64,000 nt of DNA from Chiloscyllium plagiosum (GCF_004010195.1 NC_057720.1:25583007-25647006); one strand, 5' to 3'. Shown: positions 1 to 12,879, counted from the stretch's first letter. Translations and numbers: made by a program. The notes: a model not told the origin generated them from the sequence alone.

Positions 1-233
1 GGTAGGTATAGGAGAGATGTTAGGGGTAGGTTCTTTACTCAGCGCGTCGTGAGTTCATGGAATGCCCTGCCAGTTGCAGTGGTGGACTCTCCCTCTTTAT
101 GGGCATTTAAGCGGGCATTGGATAGGTATATGGAGGATAGTGGGCTAGTGTAGGTTAGGTGGGCTTGGATCGGCGCAACATCGAGGGCCGAAGGGCCTGT
201 ACTGCGCTGTATTCTTCTATGTTCTATGTTCTA
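1..233 (+). mobile_element. CR1-clade LINE 3' end
   Basis: End of ORF2 (..RVVSSWNALP..), then a 3' UTR with GGGCCGAAGGGCCTGT and a (TTCTATG)n microsatellite tail. Confidence 0.85.
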
Positions 234-303
234 TTTTCTATGAAACTGCAAGCATTTGGTGTCCCTCCTCCTTCCGTAGGCATTGGGGCTACGAAGGTTT
301 GAG

Positions 304-392
304 GTTTCAAATAAAGCTATTGGACTATACCCTGATGCTGTGTAATTTTTGACATTGTCCACTCAGTCCAACACCGGCACCTCCACATCATG
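304..392 (+). mobile_element. PLE terminal-repeat family C, 3' tail fragment
   Basis: Diverged match to the TTGGACTATAACCTGGTGTTGTGTGATTTTTAAC..CCCCAGTCCAACAC tail also seen at 21790-21829, 31123-31343 and 42831-42872. Confidence 0.65.
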
Positions 393-1569
393 ACTGTTCA
401 TTAATGCCGTTACTGCTGCATGACAAGATGTACCCTTGATTTGGGGTGAGCTTTAAACTGTTGTCAGATAATGGGAAATTCAAGAGACTATTGCACTGAA
501 ATTGTGGGAGCAGGTTTCTTTAAATTCAGTGGAGAGTTCCCCTGCTTTGCTGCTAACTGCAAAATCTGAGCCAACAGTTATTTTCTATTTATGCACTTAC
601 CTTTGACCCAAGAGCTGAAAGCAATAACATTTGATATCAATAATTCTTATATTTTGGACTTATCTAACTTATAAATACCTCATTAAATATACATAACTTG
701 GGGATGACCATTGGTGATAACATACAGACACTTAAAGTAGTTGGACCATGTGGTCTGTATACTAAGATAAAGGAGAAAATTGTGATTAATTATAATGAAG
801 GAGAGAGGAATTTGACATCTACTTGCTCTTAGTGTTGCCTGTGCTGTTCCTCTCATTCCATATGAGAGATCCAGGTAAAGCTCCATAAGCTGCTTTGATA
901 ATGCTGCGATGGCCAATAGCCAAAGTGTAAGTCAAGAGCAATAAATGATAACAGAAATGACCTCCAAAAAATTGTCATCCGTGTAAAGCAGTGAAAGAAC
1001 ACTACCAGAACAATTTCAGTAAACAAAATATGGTCACATAGGCAGAGAAGCTGATGTGATTTGGCTTTCTATATGTTAGTCCACTTAACATGTACAGCAT
1101 GAATTAAAAACTTCACATGCAGAGATTCAGATTCTTATTGAAACAGAGATTTTGAAAATTATACACAACTATGGTTGTTCACATGACATTTCAGACTTAC
1201 ATAAGCAGATTTGGTTATGCTTACCTAGTATTGTTATTACTTTACATACATGTCTGTGCAAATGCCTGGTTTAAAGAAAACTGGATACTTGCTTAACTGT
1301 AGAGAAAACAAGATGGAGACTTTTTTATTTTAGAGTGTCACATGTCATGGCATCTTTTAGCTTACTTAAAGATATAGTGATTTTCTCAGGTCTATGCAAT
1401 AATGTGACAGAAGCAACGGTCTTAGTTCCACGTTTAAATACTTGAATCAGTGTTCTGATTTCACAGGCCCACCAATGCTTGCTAATCCCTTGCCATCTTG
1501 ACCATGGCATATTACAGGTGGCTGCAGAAATCTCTGCAGGTGAAGAATACAATGTTACCGTAGAGAAGA

Positions 1570-1805
1570 AGGTGGCATAGTGAGAGTGCTACTGGACTAA
1601 GATTCTAGAACCCCACACTAATGTTCTGGGGCCATAGCTTTGAATTGTATCATGACAGATGACATTATGAAATTTGAATTCAATAAAAAGCAGGTCAATG
1701 TAACTACTATTGTACAAAACACATCTGGTTTACTAATGTCCTTTAGGAAAGGAAATCTGCCATCTTTCCCTGATGGCCTACATGTGACTCCAGACCCACA
1801 ATGAT
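1570..1805 (+). mobile_element. tRNA-derived SINE (family with CTAATGTCCTTTAGGGAAGGAAATCTGCC core)
   Basis: tRNA-like head plus a core shared with copies at 4780-5050, 23090-23365, 48750-49695 and 53185-53345. Confidence 0.7.
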
Positions 1806-2930
1806 GTAGATGAGGAAAGTGAATATACTGTTACCAAGTTTACTGATAACACACAAATAGTGGGAAGGCAAATTGTAAGGACAACAGAAAGAGTCCGCAG
1901 AAGGATATAGACAGGTTTAGCAAATGAACAAAAACTTGGCTGATGGAATCTAATGTTGGAAAATGTGGGATTTTGCACTTTGACAGGAAGAATAGAGGAG
2001 GGCAATGTTATTTAAACAGAGAAATACTGCAGAAAGTTACAGAACAAGAAAGATTTGGGAGTTCTCCTACCTGAACCATAAAAAGCTAGCATCTAAGTTC
2101 AAAGAGTAATAGAGAAGACAAATGGAATATTGGCATTTATTTCAAAGGAAAGGGAATATAAAAGTAGGCAGGTTTTGCTGTAAGTATACAAGGCACTAGT
2201 CAGACAGTAGTTTGGGGCTTCCTTGAGGTAAAGATATACTGGCACTGGAAACTGTCCATAGAAGGTTCACTCAGTTGATCTCAAGTATGGGAAAAAGTGA
2301 GGACTGCAGATGCTGGAGATCAGAGTCGAGAGTGTGGTGCTGGAAAAGCGCAGCAGGTCAAGCAGTATCCAAGGAGCACGACAATCAACATTTCAGGCAT
2401 AAGACTGAATTCCTGATCAAGGGCTTATTCCCAAAATGTTGATTCTCCTGATCCTGCCTGACCTGCTGTGCTTTTCCAGTGCCACACTCTTGACTCTGAT
2501 TTCAAGCATAAAGTGATTGTCTTATGAGGAGATATTGAGTAGATTGGTCCTACACTCATTGGTGTTTAGAAGAATGACAGGTGACCTTATTGAACCAAAT
2601 GAGATTCTTAGGAGACTTGACAGAGTAGATGTAGAAAGGTTGTTTCCCTTATGGGAGAGTCTAGGACTAGCAGGCATAATCTCAGAGTAAGATAAGACGG
2701 AGAGGAATTTCTCCTCTTAGAAGATGGAGATTCTGTGGAATTCTTTATTCCAGAAGACTCTCAACTTGTTAAGTATATTTAAGGCTGAGACAGATTTTTT
2801 AATCAGTACGGGAATCAAGGGCAATGGGGGATAGACAGGAAAGTGGAATTGAGGGTTATGTTGAATGGGTGGAGCAGACTCAATGGCCTGAATAGCCTAT
2901 TTCTGCTTCTATGCCTTATAGTCTTATGGT
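1806..2930 (+). mobile_element. CR1 LINE, 3' part of RT and tail, interrupted by a PLE-derived insertion
   Basis: Degenerate KF(A)DDT..G and W.MEFNV.KC motifs, GDLIE motif and CR1 tail; reading resumes after 2509. Confidence 0.85.
2289..2509. mobile_element. PLE terminal-repeat family A, fold-back (inverted) pair
   Basis: Arms CTGGAAAAGCGCAGCAGGTC.. and ..GACCTGCTGTGCTTTTCCAG in opposite orientation; decayed hammerhead CTGATCAAGGGCTTATTCCCAAAATGTT; imperfect flanking repeat TGATCTCAAGTAT (2276-2288) / TGATTTCAAGCAT (2497-2509). Confidence 0.8.
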
Positions 2931-4779
2931 ATTCTTTGTGTAGACTCTCCACTAGCATTGGCTTTTTCAAGAGATTTGCATACTGTGCTTGGGCATATGT
3001 GTATGCATATTAGTGATCATGCAGTTTTAATTTGAAACCAACCACCCCACAATGTAAATCAGACTATTTTTGCAACAACAGGTAGATAATTCTACAATAT
3101 AAGGATAACATTAAATTGGCTGTTTCACATTTACCGGGCCAATTGTTTATGACTTGATGCTGACTGGAATATCATATAAAGCTGGCAAGTAATTTTCTTC
3201 AGCATTGCCTGATAGCTGCATTAATCCATAAAAAAAATCCTCTATTTAATAAGAAGAGATAGATTGCTTTTCTGAAGTCTCGCTATCCCACCAAGTTGAC
3301 ATTTATAGTTTCCCTTATGAATTTTACTTGAAGGAACAATCAATGTGAAATAATCCAATGACAATGGTTTGTTAATAATTTCTAAAGAGCAGTTAATGGA
3401 TTCTCTCAGTAAGTAGAAAATAGTCATTTTCTAAATTTGTTTTCATATATAAAATGAATCCTTAAAATAAATCCCTGCCAGGAACCAAATATTGAAAGGT
3501 CATCTGTGCATAAGTTGTTTAAGAGGTTGACATTTTCCCTTTATATGGTAAACATAGTTGGATTTTCCAACTGCTTTTGGCGATCAAATGAAAAATATGA
3601 AGTGCTCATGAAGCCCTGAATAATGTGAAAGGTAATTTAAGAGCTTGGAAAGTAATTAATCTTTTGTTCATTGCCTTTTATTTTATCACCTCTTTCAATG
3701 GAATCTGAATATTGTTAGTTGTTCAGGTTGTGAGCAGTATCTGGTGATGGTGCCTGAAGGTCTTCGAAGTTGATAAAGTTGTCTGCCTGGTGGTTTCATC
3801 AAAGCATGTTCTACCTTCAACAGCCCCACCCGAACAGTCTTTTTCTGTCAGCAATTTTTTTTGAGTGACTAAACTATGGTGTTCAAAAACTGAAGAAAAT
3901 ATAGATATTTTAATATCTTTCAATCTTTCCCCTGGATTGTGCACAACAGTGTTTAACAAATTATCGGTCCAGGATTTTGCATTCAACAATGAAGGGTTTG
4001 AGCTCACTGTTAATCTTGAAGATAGCTACTCAAAAGGGTCTAGCAAGCTCTGTGATGTGAATTTCCCCTTTCTCAATGCAAATTTTATTCTGGCTTCAGC
4101 AACAATGATGTTATCAAACTGTCTCCAAAACCAGTCACGCTCAAACATTCTCACAGATGGTAAATCAGGATGTAATTAATACATTTTATACTTCAGACGT
4201 TATAATATTGGAGAAGCAAAATAGGCATATTCATGAAATTAACAGAAACAGAAACATCGTCCAAAAACTTTAAAATAAAAGGAAATATTTTTAAAATCTG
4301 TGGAATATTAAGATATTTCTTGTTCCACTAATAAAATTTAGCTTTTCAGGGCTAGAGGTTTTTCATCAAAAATTATGATTTTGTACACTGTTTTAAATAA
4401 ATACAGATCACAGCTCATTCAACGGAGTATAACTGATTCAAGAATATTTGAGAGAATAGAGTAAAATGTGAACGTTTATGCTAATTTGGTAATGTCTAAT
4501 TGTCTTTTTTATCTACAAGAATGTTAACAGCATATGCAATGGAGAAGTGGGGACTCAGTGAGAGCAAGTTCTTATTTGTATCTAACAGTGTGTGTAAGAA
4601 TATGAGAAATTACTGTCAGCCTCCCAGAGCAATGCCTTAGAATGTCAATGGTGTTGCCATCATTAAAGCTACAAAACTCCATGAAAACATTTAATTTGAG
4701 GAAATTGTGGGGCAATCCTGAAAGGCTTGCTAACCAATTTTGAAAGGGCCAGATGTGGGGATGGTGGGAGAACAGTAAG

Positions 4780-5050
4780 CTTAATGAAGTGGTAATAAAG
4801 AGACCCAGGTTAAAGTTTTGGAAGGACAAATACCAATTCCTACCATGGAAACTATTGAATTTAAACTCAATGAATGATTACATCTGCAAGTAAAAGCTAG
4901 TTTCAGTCGTGATGACTGAAATTCCTATCTGTAACAGAAACATTTGCTTCATTATATCCTTTTAGAGAAGAAATCTGTATTTCGTATCTGACCTGATCTA
5001 CATGTGATGCTATAAGGTTGACAGAGAGGGCCAAGCAAGCTACTCAGACC
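4780..5050 (+). mobile_element. tRNA-derived SINE, diverged
   Basis: Same family as 1570-1805 (CCTTTTAGAGAAGAAATCTG..CTACATGTGA). Confidence 0.55.
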
Positions 5051-5299
5051 CAAAATTACTGCAGAAATCTGAAAAAATGAATTGAAACATCAAAAAATAG
5101 GGGCAGGAGTTGGCTATTTGGCCCTTTGAGTCTGCTCTGCTATTCAACACATCCTGGGAGATCTTCCAATTCAATGCCCAGTTCTTGCTTTCTCCCCTTA
5201 CCATTTGATCCCTTTAGCTCTAAGACCTATATTCACACCTTTTTGCAAACAACTGGATGGACCACCTGGCATTGACCTAGGCAAGTACTTACTATGGTA

Positions 5300-6940
5300 A
5301 AAGACATGAGAGATATAGAATGTAGGGAAATAGATAGTAACATCTCAAAAAATTTCCATATTACAGAGGAGGACATGCTGGATGTCTTGAAATGCATAAA
5401 AGTCCACAAGTCCCCAGGACCTGATCGGTGTACCCTAGAACTTTGTGGGAAGCTAGGAAAGTGATTGCTGGGCTTCTTACTGAGATATTTGTATCATCAG
5501 TAGTCACAGGTGAGGTGCCAGAAGGATGGAGGTTGGTTAACATGGTGCCACTGTTTAAGAAGGGTGGTAAGGACAAGCCAGGGTACTATAGACCAGTGAG
5601 CCTGATGTCAGTGGTGGGCAAATTATTGGAGGGAATCCTGAGGGACACGATGCACATGTATTTGGTAAGGCAAGGACTGATTGGGAATAGTCAACATAGC
5701 TTTGTGCATAGGATATCATGTCTCACAAACGTGGTTGAGTTTTTTGAAGAAGTAACAAAAAGGATTGATGAGGACAGAGCGGTAGATGTGATCTAATTGG
5801 ACTTCAGTAAAGTGAGCGACGAGGTTCCCCATGGGAGACTGGTTAGCAAGGTTAGATCTCACTGAATACAGGGAGAACTCGCCATTTGGATACAGAACTA
5901 GCTGAAAGATAGAAGACAGAGGATGTTAGAGAAGGGTTGTTTTTCAGACTGGAGACCTGTGAGTGCCACAAGGATCGGTGCTGGGTCTACTACTTTTCAT
6001 CATTTATATAAATGATTTGGATGTGAGCATAAGAGGTATGGTTAGTAAGTTTGCTGATGACACTAAAATTAGAGGTGTCATGGACAGCAAAGAAGGTTAC
6101 CTCAGATTACAAAGGGATATTGATCAGATGGGCCAATGGGCTGAGGAGTGGCAGATGGAGTTTAATTTAGATAATTGCAAGGTGCTGCATTTTGGGAAAG
6201 CAGCAATGGTAAGATCCTAGGGAGTGTTGCTGAACAAAGAAATCTTGGAGTGCAGGTTCAGAGCTCCTAGAAAATAGATTCACAGGTAGAGAGGATAATG
6301 AAGAAGGTGTTTAGTATGCTTTATTTTATTGGTCAGAGTATTGAGTACAGGAGTTGGGAGATCATGTTGAGCTGTACAGGACATTGGTTAGGCCACTGTT
6401 GGAATGTTGTGTGCAATTCTGGTCTCCTTCCTATCGGACATTGTGAAAACTTGAAAGGGTTCAGAAAAAATTTACAAGGGTGTTGCCAGGGTTGGAGGAT
6501 TTGAGCTTTAGGGAGAGGTTGAATAGACTGAGGCTATTTTCGCCGGAGCGCGGAGACTGAGGGGTACCTTATAGACCTTATAAAATCATGAGGGGTATGG
6601 ATAGGATAAATAGACAAAGTCTTTTCCCTGGGGTGCAGGAGTCCAGAACTAGAGGGCATAGGATTAGGGTGAAAGGGGAAAGATATAAAAGAGACCTAAG
6701 GGGCAACGTATTCATGCAGAGGGTGGTAAATGCATGGAATGAACTGCCAGAGGAAATGGTGGAGGCTGGTACAATTGCAACATTTAAAAGGTATCTGGAT
6801 GGGTATATGAATAATAGGGTTTGGTGGGATATGGGTCAGGTGCTGGCAGGTGGGACTAGATTGGGTTGGGATATCTGGTTGGCATGGATATGTTGGACCG
6901 AAGGGTCTCTTTCCGTGCTGTACATCTCTATGACTCTATC
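5300..6940 (+). mobile_element. CR1 LINE (HER1-like), 5'-truncated, RT pseudogene
   Basis: ORF fragments PLFKKGGKDKPGYYRPVSL, PQGSVLG..FIIYINDLD..KFADDTK, RVVNAWNELPEE; tail CTCTATGACTCTAT; frameshifts and stops. Confidence 0.95.
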
Positions 6941-6989
6941 ACTGTAAGAGAATAAAATGGCAAAGGCTCAGCCAGTCCTGCAGAATCCT

Positions 6990-8035
6990 ACATTCAGACT
7001 TGCACCAAAAATAGGAGAATTGTTCCACAGATCTATCAAACTATATCTGACATACTCATACCCACCAAATTACACCACATAGGCAAAGTCTCTAACAGTA
7101 ATAATACCTTTCTTGGATGCATCTTATCCTAAGTGGGTGATGTCTGTCCTTGGAATCTTCAACATTAACTCCACACCTCATGAAATCTCACAGTGCCTTC
7201 TACCGCTCTCCCCATCACTGATTGAGCTAGTACTCCTCCATTTTGAACACCAATTGGAAGAATCATGAAGCGTGCCAAAGACATAAAGTGGTGCATTTTG
7301 AATGAGGTTTTCAATGCTTTTCATGAAGACAACTACTGATGAGGCTGCTTAAGTCCAGAAGACATCTATGCCAGATTGATTCCATCACTGTCTTGCACAG
7401 ACAGAGGGAAAAGTTTACTTGACCCTGTCCTCACCACTGTACCTGTCATAGATGTATCTTTCCATAAATGTATTGGTAGGAGTAACCACCTCAAAAATAG
7501 GCAGAGACAAAGTACCATCTTCACACTGAGGTAACCACCTATCTACATTCTCATAGTTTTTGTTCCTGCTGTGTGGATCTCTTAAGTCTCTGCATGCTAG
7601 TAGTTTCTGGAAACAACTATATGGTCATGCAGCTTAGAAGGAATGTTGCCACCCATTGTGTTCAGTTGCATAATCTATGTTCAACAGCTCCAAGCCAGGC
7701 TGCTGTGAAGTGTAATGGACCATCAGCAGTAACAGAACTGTATTCGACATCAACTGAGAAGCTCATGGTTCAACATGAGCATCCCCCAATCTGGCACTGT
7801 CATCAAACCATGGTTCAATGAGGAATACTGGAAAATATTCCAAAAGCAGTACTAAATAGACCTAAAAATGAGTAGCCAACAACACAAGATTACATTTGTG
7901 CTAAACTGCAGAAGCATTCTAGCTATACCATGTGGATGGCAGCGGTTCAAGAAAACAGCCCACCACTATCTTCTCAAGGACAATTAGTGATGGTGCACAA
8001 ATTCCATCAATCCTCACATTCCATGAAATAATAGA
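6990..8035 (+). mobile_element. Old CR1/L2-group LINE remnant (endonuclease region and 3' tail)
   Basis: Degenerate APE-type motifs (YR.P, RGK.LLD.VLT, IGRS(D)H near 7465-7490) and a tail GGTTCAAGAA..CACCACTATCTTCTCAAGG.CAATTAG. Confidence 0.6.
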
Positions 8036-8865
8036 AAAACAGTAGCAATCATTTTAGATCTTAACAGCTTAGGACAAATCACAAGTAAAAGCATTTTGAT
8101 TCCACTATAAAAACATCAATAGGATGACTAAATTAGGCTAAACAGTTTAATAAGTTGTAGTGGTCATTAGGTATGGCTTTGTCATTGGTATTGGTTTTGT
8201 TCTGTACTCAAATAAATGAGATGCTGCACATATGATTTTGGAAAGAAAGATACACCTTTAGCCACATTCACAAAGGAATCAGGGTCACCCTATTAATTAA
8301 GGACCAATTACTTTATTTACCAACTGTAATTAAACATCACTTAATTATCCTACTTAAAATATTTATGTGATTAACTCTGATGGTGGATTGAGGTATTTAC
8401 ATTACACGTGTCATTTCCTAAAGCAGTTGAAGACTCGCAGTCACCAGTTAATTAAGATAATCTGCCTTTAATCAGTAACTAATTATTCCTGCAGCGCAAA
8501 CAGCCCTGATCGGTTAAACAGTTGGAGGAAGCCAATGTTTTTTTGCATTATATTGGTACGTATTTTACCAAAGGTTTCTCTTATCAGGTCACAATGCATG
8601 AACTGTAAGAGTTGAATAAGTCATTCTGTCTTTTCGAAATTAGACTGTATGCAGAAATCAGTGTACAGGAGTGGGAACACACTGCAACTCATTGTTAAGT
8701 TTGACTCATGAGAAATGTCATATTTGTGTTGTCTGCAGATTATAATCATTCCGATTTGCAGCCATTACTAACTGTGTTACTTATTGGCCATCTACTTCAC
8801 GGAGATGGTTTTAGGGTATTAGTCATGCATGATACTAAACAAAGGCATGCAACATCTTTTTAAGA

Positions 8866-8964
8866 GGCAAAATCAGAAATTGCTGGAAAAACTCAGAAGT
8901 TCTGACAGCAACTGTGGAGAGAAAGTGGAGTTAACATTTCAGGTCCAGTGATTCTTCTTTAGAA
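8866..8964 (-). mobile_element. PLE terminal-repeat family B, solo, decayed hammerhead
   Basis: Matches the terminus of the PLE at 54662-54760 and the copy at 45370-45500; flanked by TCTTTTTAAG / TCTCTTTAAG. Confidence 0.7.
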
Positions 8965-9082
8965 TCTCTTTAAGCAAGTCTGCATTCTTGCTGAAGGCTG
9001 TACAGATTTGAGATGATGATTTCAAGTACAGTCGGTTCTGCTATAACGTGGTTTCTTCAATGCAAATTGGCTATAACATGAT

Positions 9083-10020
9083 TGTGGGATATAGGTGAAT
9101 TAAGCTGGAAATGTGTTGCTGGAAAAGCGCAGCAGGTCAGGCAGCATCCAGGGAACAGGAGAATCGACGTTTTGGGCATAAGCCCTTCTTCAGGAATAAG
9201 TGAGGTCTGCAGATGCTGGAGATCAGAGATGGAAATGTGTTGCTGGAAAAGCGCAGCAGGTCAGGCAGCATCTAGGGAACAGGAGAATCGACGTTTCGGG
9301 CATTAGCCCTTCATTCCTGAAGAAGGGCTAATGCCCAAAACGTCGATTCTCCTGTTCCCTAGATGCTGCCTGACCTGCTGCGCTTTTCCAGCAACACATT
9401 TCCATCTCTTCTTCAGGAATAGGTGAATTAATGTTATTTCTGCAATTATAAGTTCTGAGACAGAGGATTGTTTCTCGGCTAAGAGCTGAGTTAACAAGAA
9501 TGGGAACTACATGGAGGAAGTATATAATCCGTTAAAGAAAATGGTATGTTAGCATGAGACGTGATTACAGAACAATGGTAGATGTATGGGCAACAGATAA
9601 GACAGTAGGAAAAACATCTGTTTTCCCACTTGTATGGGGACACAGGAACAAACCCTAATTAAAGAGGTCATAAAGGTCAGAGTTGCCTCCGGAGAGGAAT
9701 AAATGCTGATAAAGAAAGGATATGCCTAGCGGTGACCTGCAGTAGGATGACGTCAAACAACCTTATGGGGGCCAGAGATAGGCATTTGTCACGGACAAGG
9801 CTGGATAAACAGAAGTTGTGGGATCAGTCTTAAGGAAATGAGTGACGTAAGCTCAAATTGTATAAAATTTGAAAGTTTGTGGAATATGATGTGTATTTGT
9901 CATTGCCTTACCTGGCATTAGACATTGCACCCACTTGCAAGTGTACAAATAAAGGACACTACTGGTTCAGATTTTTGTCTCGGACTGCAATTGTTTAGTG
10001 AGTGAGCTTTGTTTCTCACA
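9083..10020 (+). mobile_element. Solo LTR
   Basis: TGTG...CACA termini, perfect 5-bp TSD ATGAT (9078-9082, 10021-10025), TATAAA near 9861, AATAAA near 9948. Confidence 0.85.
9104..9418. mobile_element. PLE terminal-repeat family A: two tandem copies plus one inverted copy
   Basis: Direct copies with 124-nt period; inverted arms 9225-9312 / 9322-9409; perfect 13-bp TSD ATAGGTGAATTAA (9091-9103, 9419-9431). Confidence 0.9.
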
Positions 10021-10728
10021 ATGATTGAAGAATTTAGACCATTATTTGTAGAAAGTGAACTTTCCTTACCTGTATCGTCTATAATGCAATTCCAGTCCCA
10101 TTGGTTTAAATGGCACTGCTATTACACAATTTCTTATAATGCAGGATCACACAGGGACAGAGCTATCACATTATATCAGAACCGACTTTTAATTCAGTTG
10201 GAGTGTTTGGTTTTCTTATGGTATTTTGGAAATGCTAGTCCAGGTAGTGACCAGAAAGTGGGACATACACGCCTGTCCAATAGTGGTTAGCAAGCTCTAT
10301 GGAAATCATCTCTGCAGACTGTTGGAGGGAATTGCAGAATGTGTAAATGCAGAGTTTTGTATCTAGGACATGGCTACACTTCTGAGAAAACATCAATGAA
10401 CCCACTAGAGTTGTTAAGATAAGATTACCACACCATCACTTTCTGCTTATGCCTCAGGTTTCACTGATAGTTTCCAGCTACCTAAATTCAAGATCCTGCT
10501 GGGTATGAGTAAGCGCAGATATGGAAACAAAATATCCTGGAGCCTTTGATTATGCTAAAACTTTCAATTATCAGTTGCTCCTCGAGATCCTTTGTTGATT
10601 TGAAAGTACATCATAGATTTGTTAAATGCAGGTGGTAAAAATGGAACAGTTATGGTTCATCGTCCTAGTTTATGATACAAATCACTTTTTGGTAGCAGGG
10701 AACCTAAACATTACTGAAAAAATAAAAA

Positions 10729-10760
10729 GTTGAAACTTTTTGACTTGCACTCATCAGAAT
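10729..10760 (-). ncRNA. Decayed hammerhead-like motif, family E
   Basis: Minus strand reads CTGATGA G TGCAAGT C AAAA AGTT TC AAC; related copy at 22348-22389. Confidence 0.4.
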
Positions 10761-11424
10761 TGTGCTGCTAAGTATCACAGTTTGATCATGTCATTACAGT
10801 AGGGAAAAAAACATCCCCAAAGGTTCTTTCTCAATCAGAATCAAGGAGCTTAGTCCTGCAGATCTTGAGAAAAAGTCCCAGAACTGGCCATGACCAGAGA
10901 AATTAAGCTTCCTGGCTATAAATCATCTAGGTGAAAAGCTTCAGCAAAATCAATCAATCAGTCAATGAATTTCAATCTTTCTAATTCCATCTCAGAGTTG
11001 GACTGGATTCCATACTTTCTGACTTGCCTGATTTATGCTTCAACCTATTATTTCAGCATTCAATCCATTTTTACAACCAAATCAATCAAATATTTGTCCA
11101 GGTGCTGTTAAATAAATTAAATACTAAAGCATTAAATGTTTGAAATGGACTATATTCCAATATCTATTGTGGTAAGTCCTTTATTCTTATCCCTGAAGCT
11201 GATCAATTTTGTCCCTTAGTCCTGCAGTTTACATTAAACAATCAGCTTCTGTTTACATTACCCATGCCTTTCAGTCTTTTAAACTCCCATATCATGTCCC
11301 TTCTCAATCTTCCTTTCTGCACTGTAAGCTGTATAATTCTGACAAGCTGTCTCGGAATCATTTTTCAGCTCTCCCCAATGTGTCAATGCTAGTTTGAAGA
11401 TAAAGAACAAAAGAATAATGGATG

Positions 11425-11690
11425 CAATTTATATAGAACCTTATCGTTGCAACAGGACATCCCAAAGCACTTTACACGCACCAAAGTATTGTTTTAAGTT
11501 GTGAAATAGAAAACATTTCCCATGTATATTATCCACAAAAGCACTTTTCTGCTGCCAGTGGTTGGTGAAGTAATTCAGTGGCAAGACAGATGCAATTATT
11601 CTGGTTCAAAACTTCAACAACGAGAAATGAACCAAATGACCTTTGTTAATGAGTTTGGTTTAGTCTGTTTCTACTTGAGTTAAGGAAAAA
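11425..11690 (-). mobile_element. SINE 3' half (Deu-SINE-like, L2-type tail), diverged
   Basis: TTATATAG..CAGGACATCCCAAAGCACTTTACA tail as read on the plus strand; recognised by eye. Confidence 0.5.
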
Positions 11691-12879
11691 TTGCAAGCCC
11701 AATTAAGTTGACAAAGAAATCATACTTCACGAAAACCAAATTAAAGGTTCAGTCAGAGATTTAAAAAGAAGTGAATATCCCTTTGAGAAGCCTGAACATA
11801 AATAACAAAAAAAGGTCAACAAGACATTCTAAGCAATCAGCTCTATTTGGAACACTGTCAAGTCCATTTCATTGACTGGTGGTTGAATTGAGGAGGTGAA
11901 TCAACGGTACTCAAAAACATCTCCAGGATTGAACTATGCTTCCTCCAAAGGCAACCAGTCAGCTATTAGCCCTTTCTTGTATTAAATTGGTGTGAAATAT
12001 TGATACATTCCCTTGTATTGTCTCAGTGTCATCTGAGGTAATTTCTTGCAAATGGAAACACAATGTCTTCTCGTATCTGCAGTGTTTAGATAGCAGTTAA
12101 TGTATTTGTCCTAAAAACACAGACAATAACCTCCATCTCTTCAGTGATGATTTATCTATTTCTAAAAGCAAAATAATGCTCTAAAATCAGTGACCTGATA
12201 AGGGTGAGAAAAAGAGAAAACTCTAAGAAGCAAATGTTAATGTTTACCAAGAGAAGCCAGCAGGTTATGTCAGGCAGTTGACTAGGCCAAGTTTGCAATG
12301 AAAATGCATGAGAAATCATCTAACCACATCAACACTTTTCATTAGCTATGTAGATGAAAGCTATGGAATAGACAGATTATGTGATGTATAATTAGCCACG
12401 CAAATTGACTGGGGACAAAGATCTGTTCTTGCTGCTAAATGTGATCCTGGTGTAAAGTATCACCATAAGTTGATAGGGTTGAATGAAGTCAGATGCAAAT
12501 AAGCTATGTAGGGCTTAATGGCTTATTTCTCTGCAGTAGATTCTATATGATGGTGATGTGTTAGTGTTCACTCAGAATCTGAGGTACTGCAGCAAAGTTC
12601 ACTTTCTACATTTGTGTTGTAGTTTTGGACAATAATGGGAGTTTTGGACAGTGATTTCTTTCCATGACATGGCTGACCAGGAATTCCCCTCACTCTTAAC
12701 TCCTGCCACTGGCATGTGTTCAAGGACTTGTAGATAAACCTGTTTCGGTGCATTGTGAACTGTGCCTTTTTGGACCATCAAGTCCTTGAGTGGGACTTGA
12801 ACCCAGAGTTTCTGTTCAGGTATCTGTTTATTGAGTGACAATACTTCTTAAATTCTGTGCATTGTAAAATTACTCTTTT

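Larger units (their letters stand above)
9029..10188. mobile_element. Tc1/mariner (Tigger-like) MITE, split by nested insertions
   Basis: TIRs CAGTCGGTTCTGCTATAACG (9029-9048) and CATTATATCAGAACCGACTT (10169-10188); TA at 9027-9028. Confidence 0.75.

Noticed and set aside
9104..9418. Repeated units as a CRISPR array
   Set aside because: Eukaryotic context, no unique spacers, no cas genes; the units are PLE termini.
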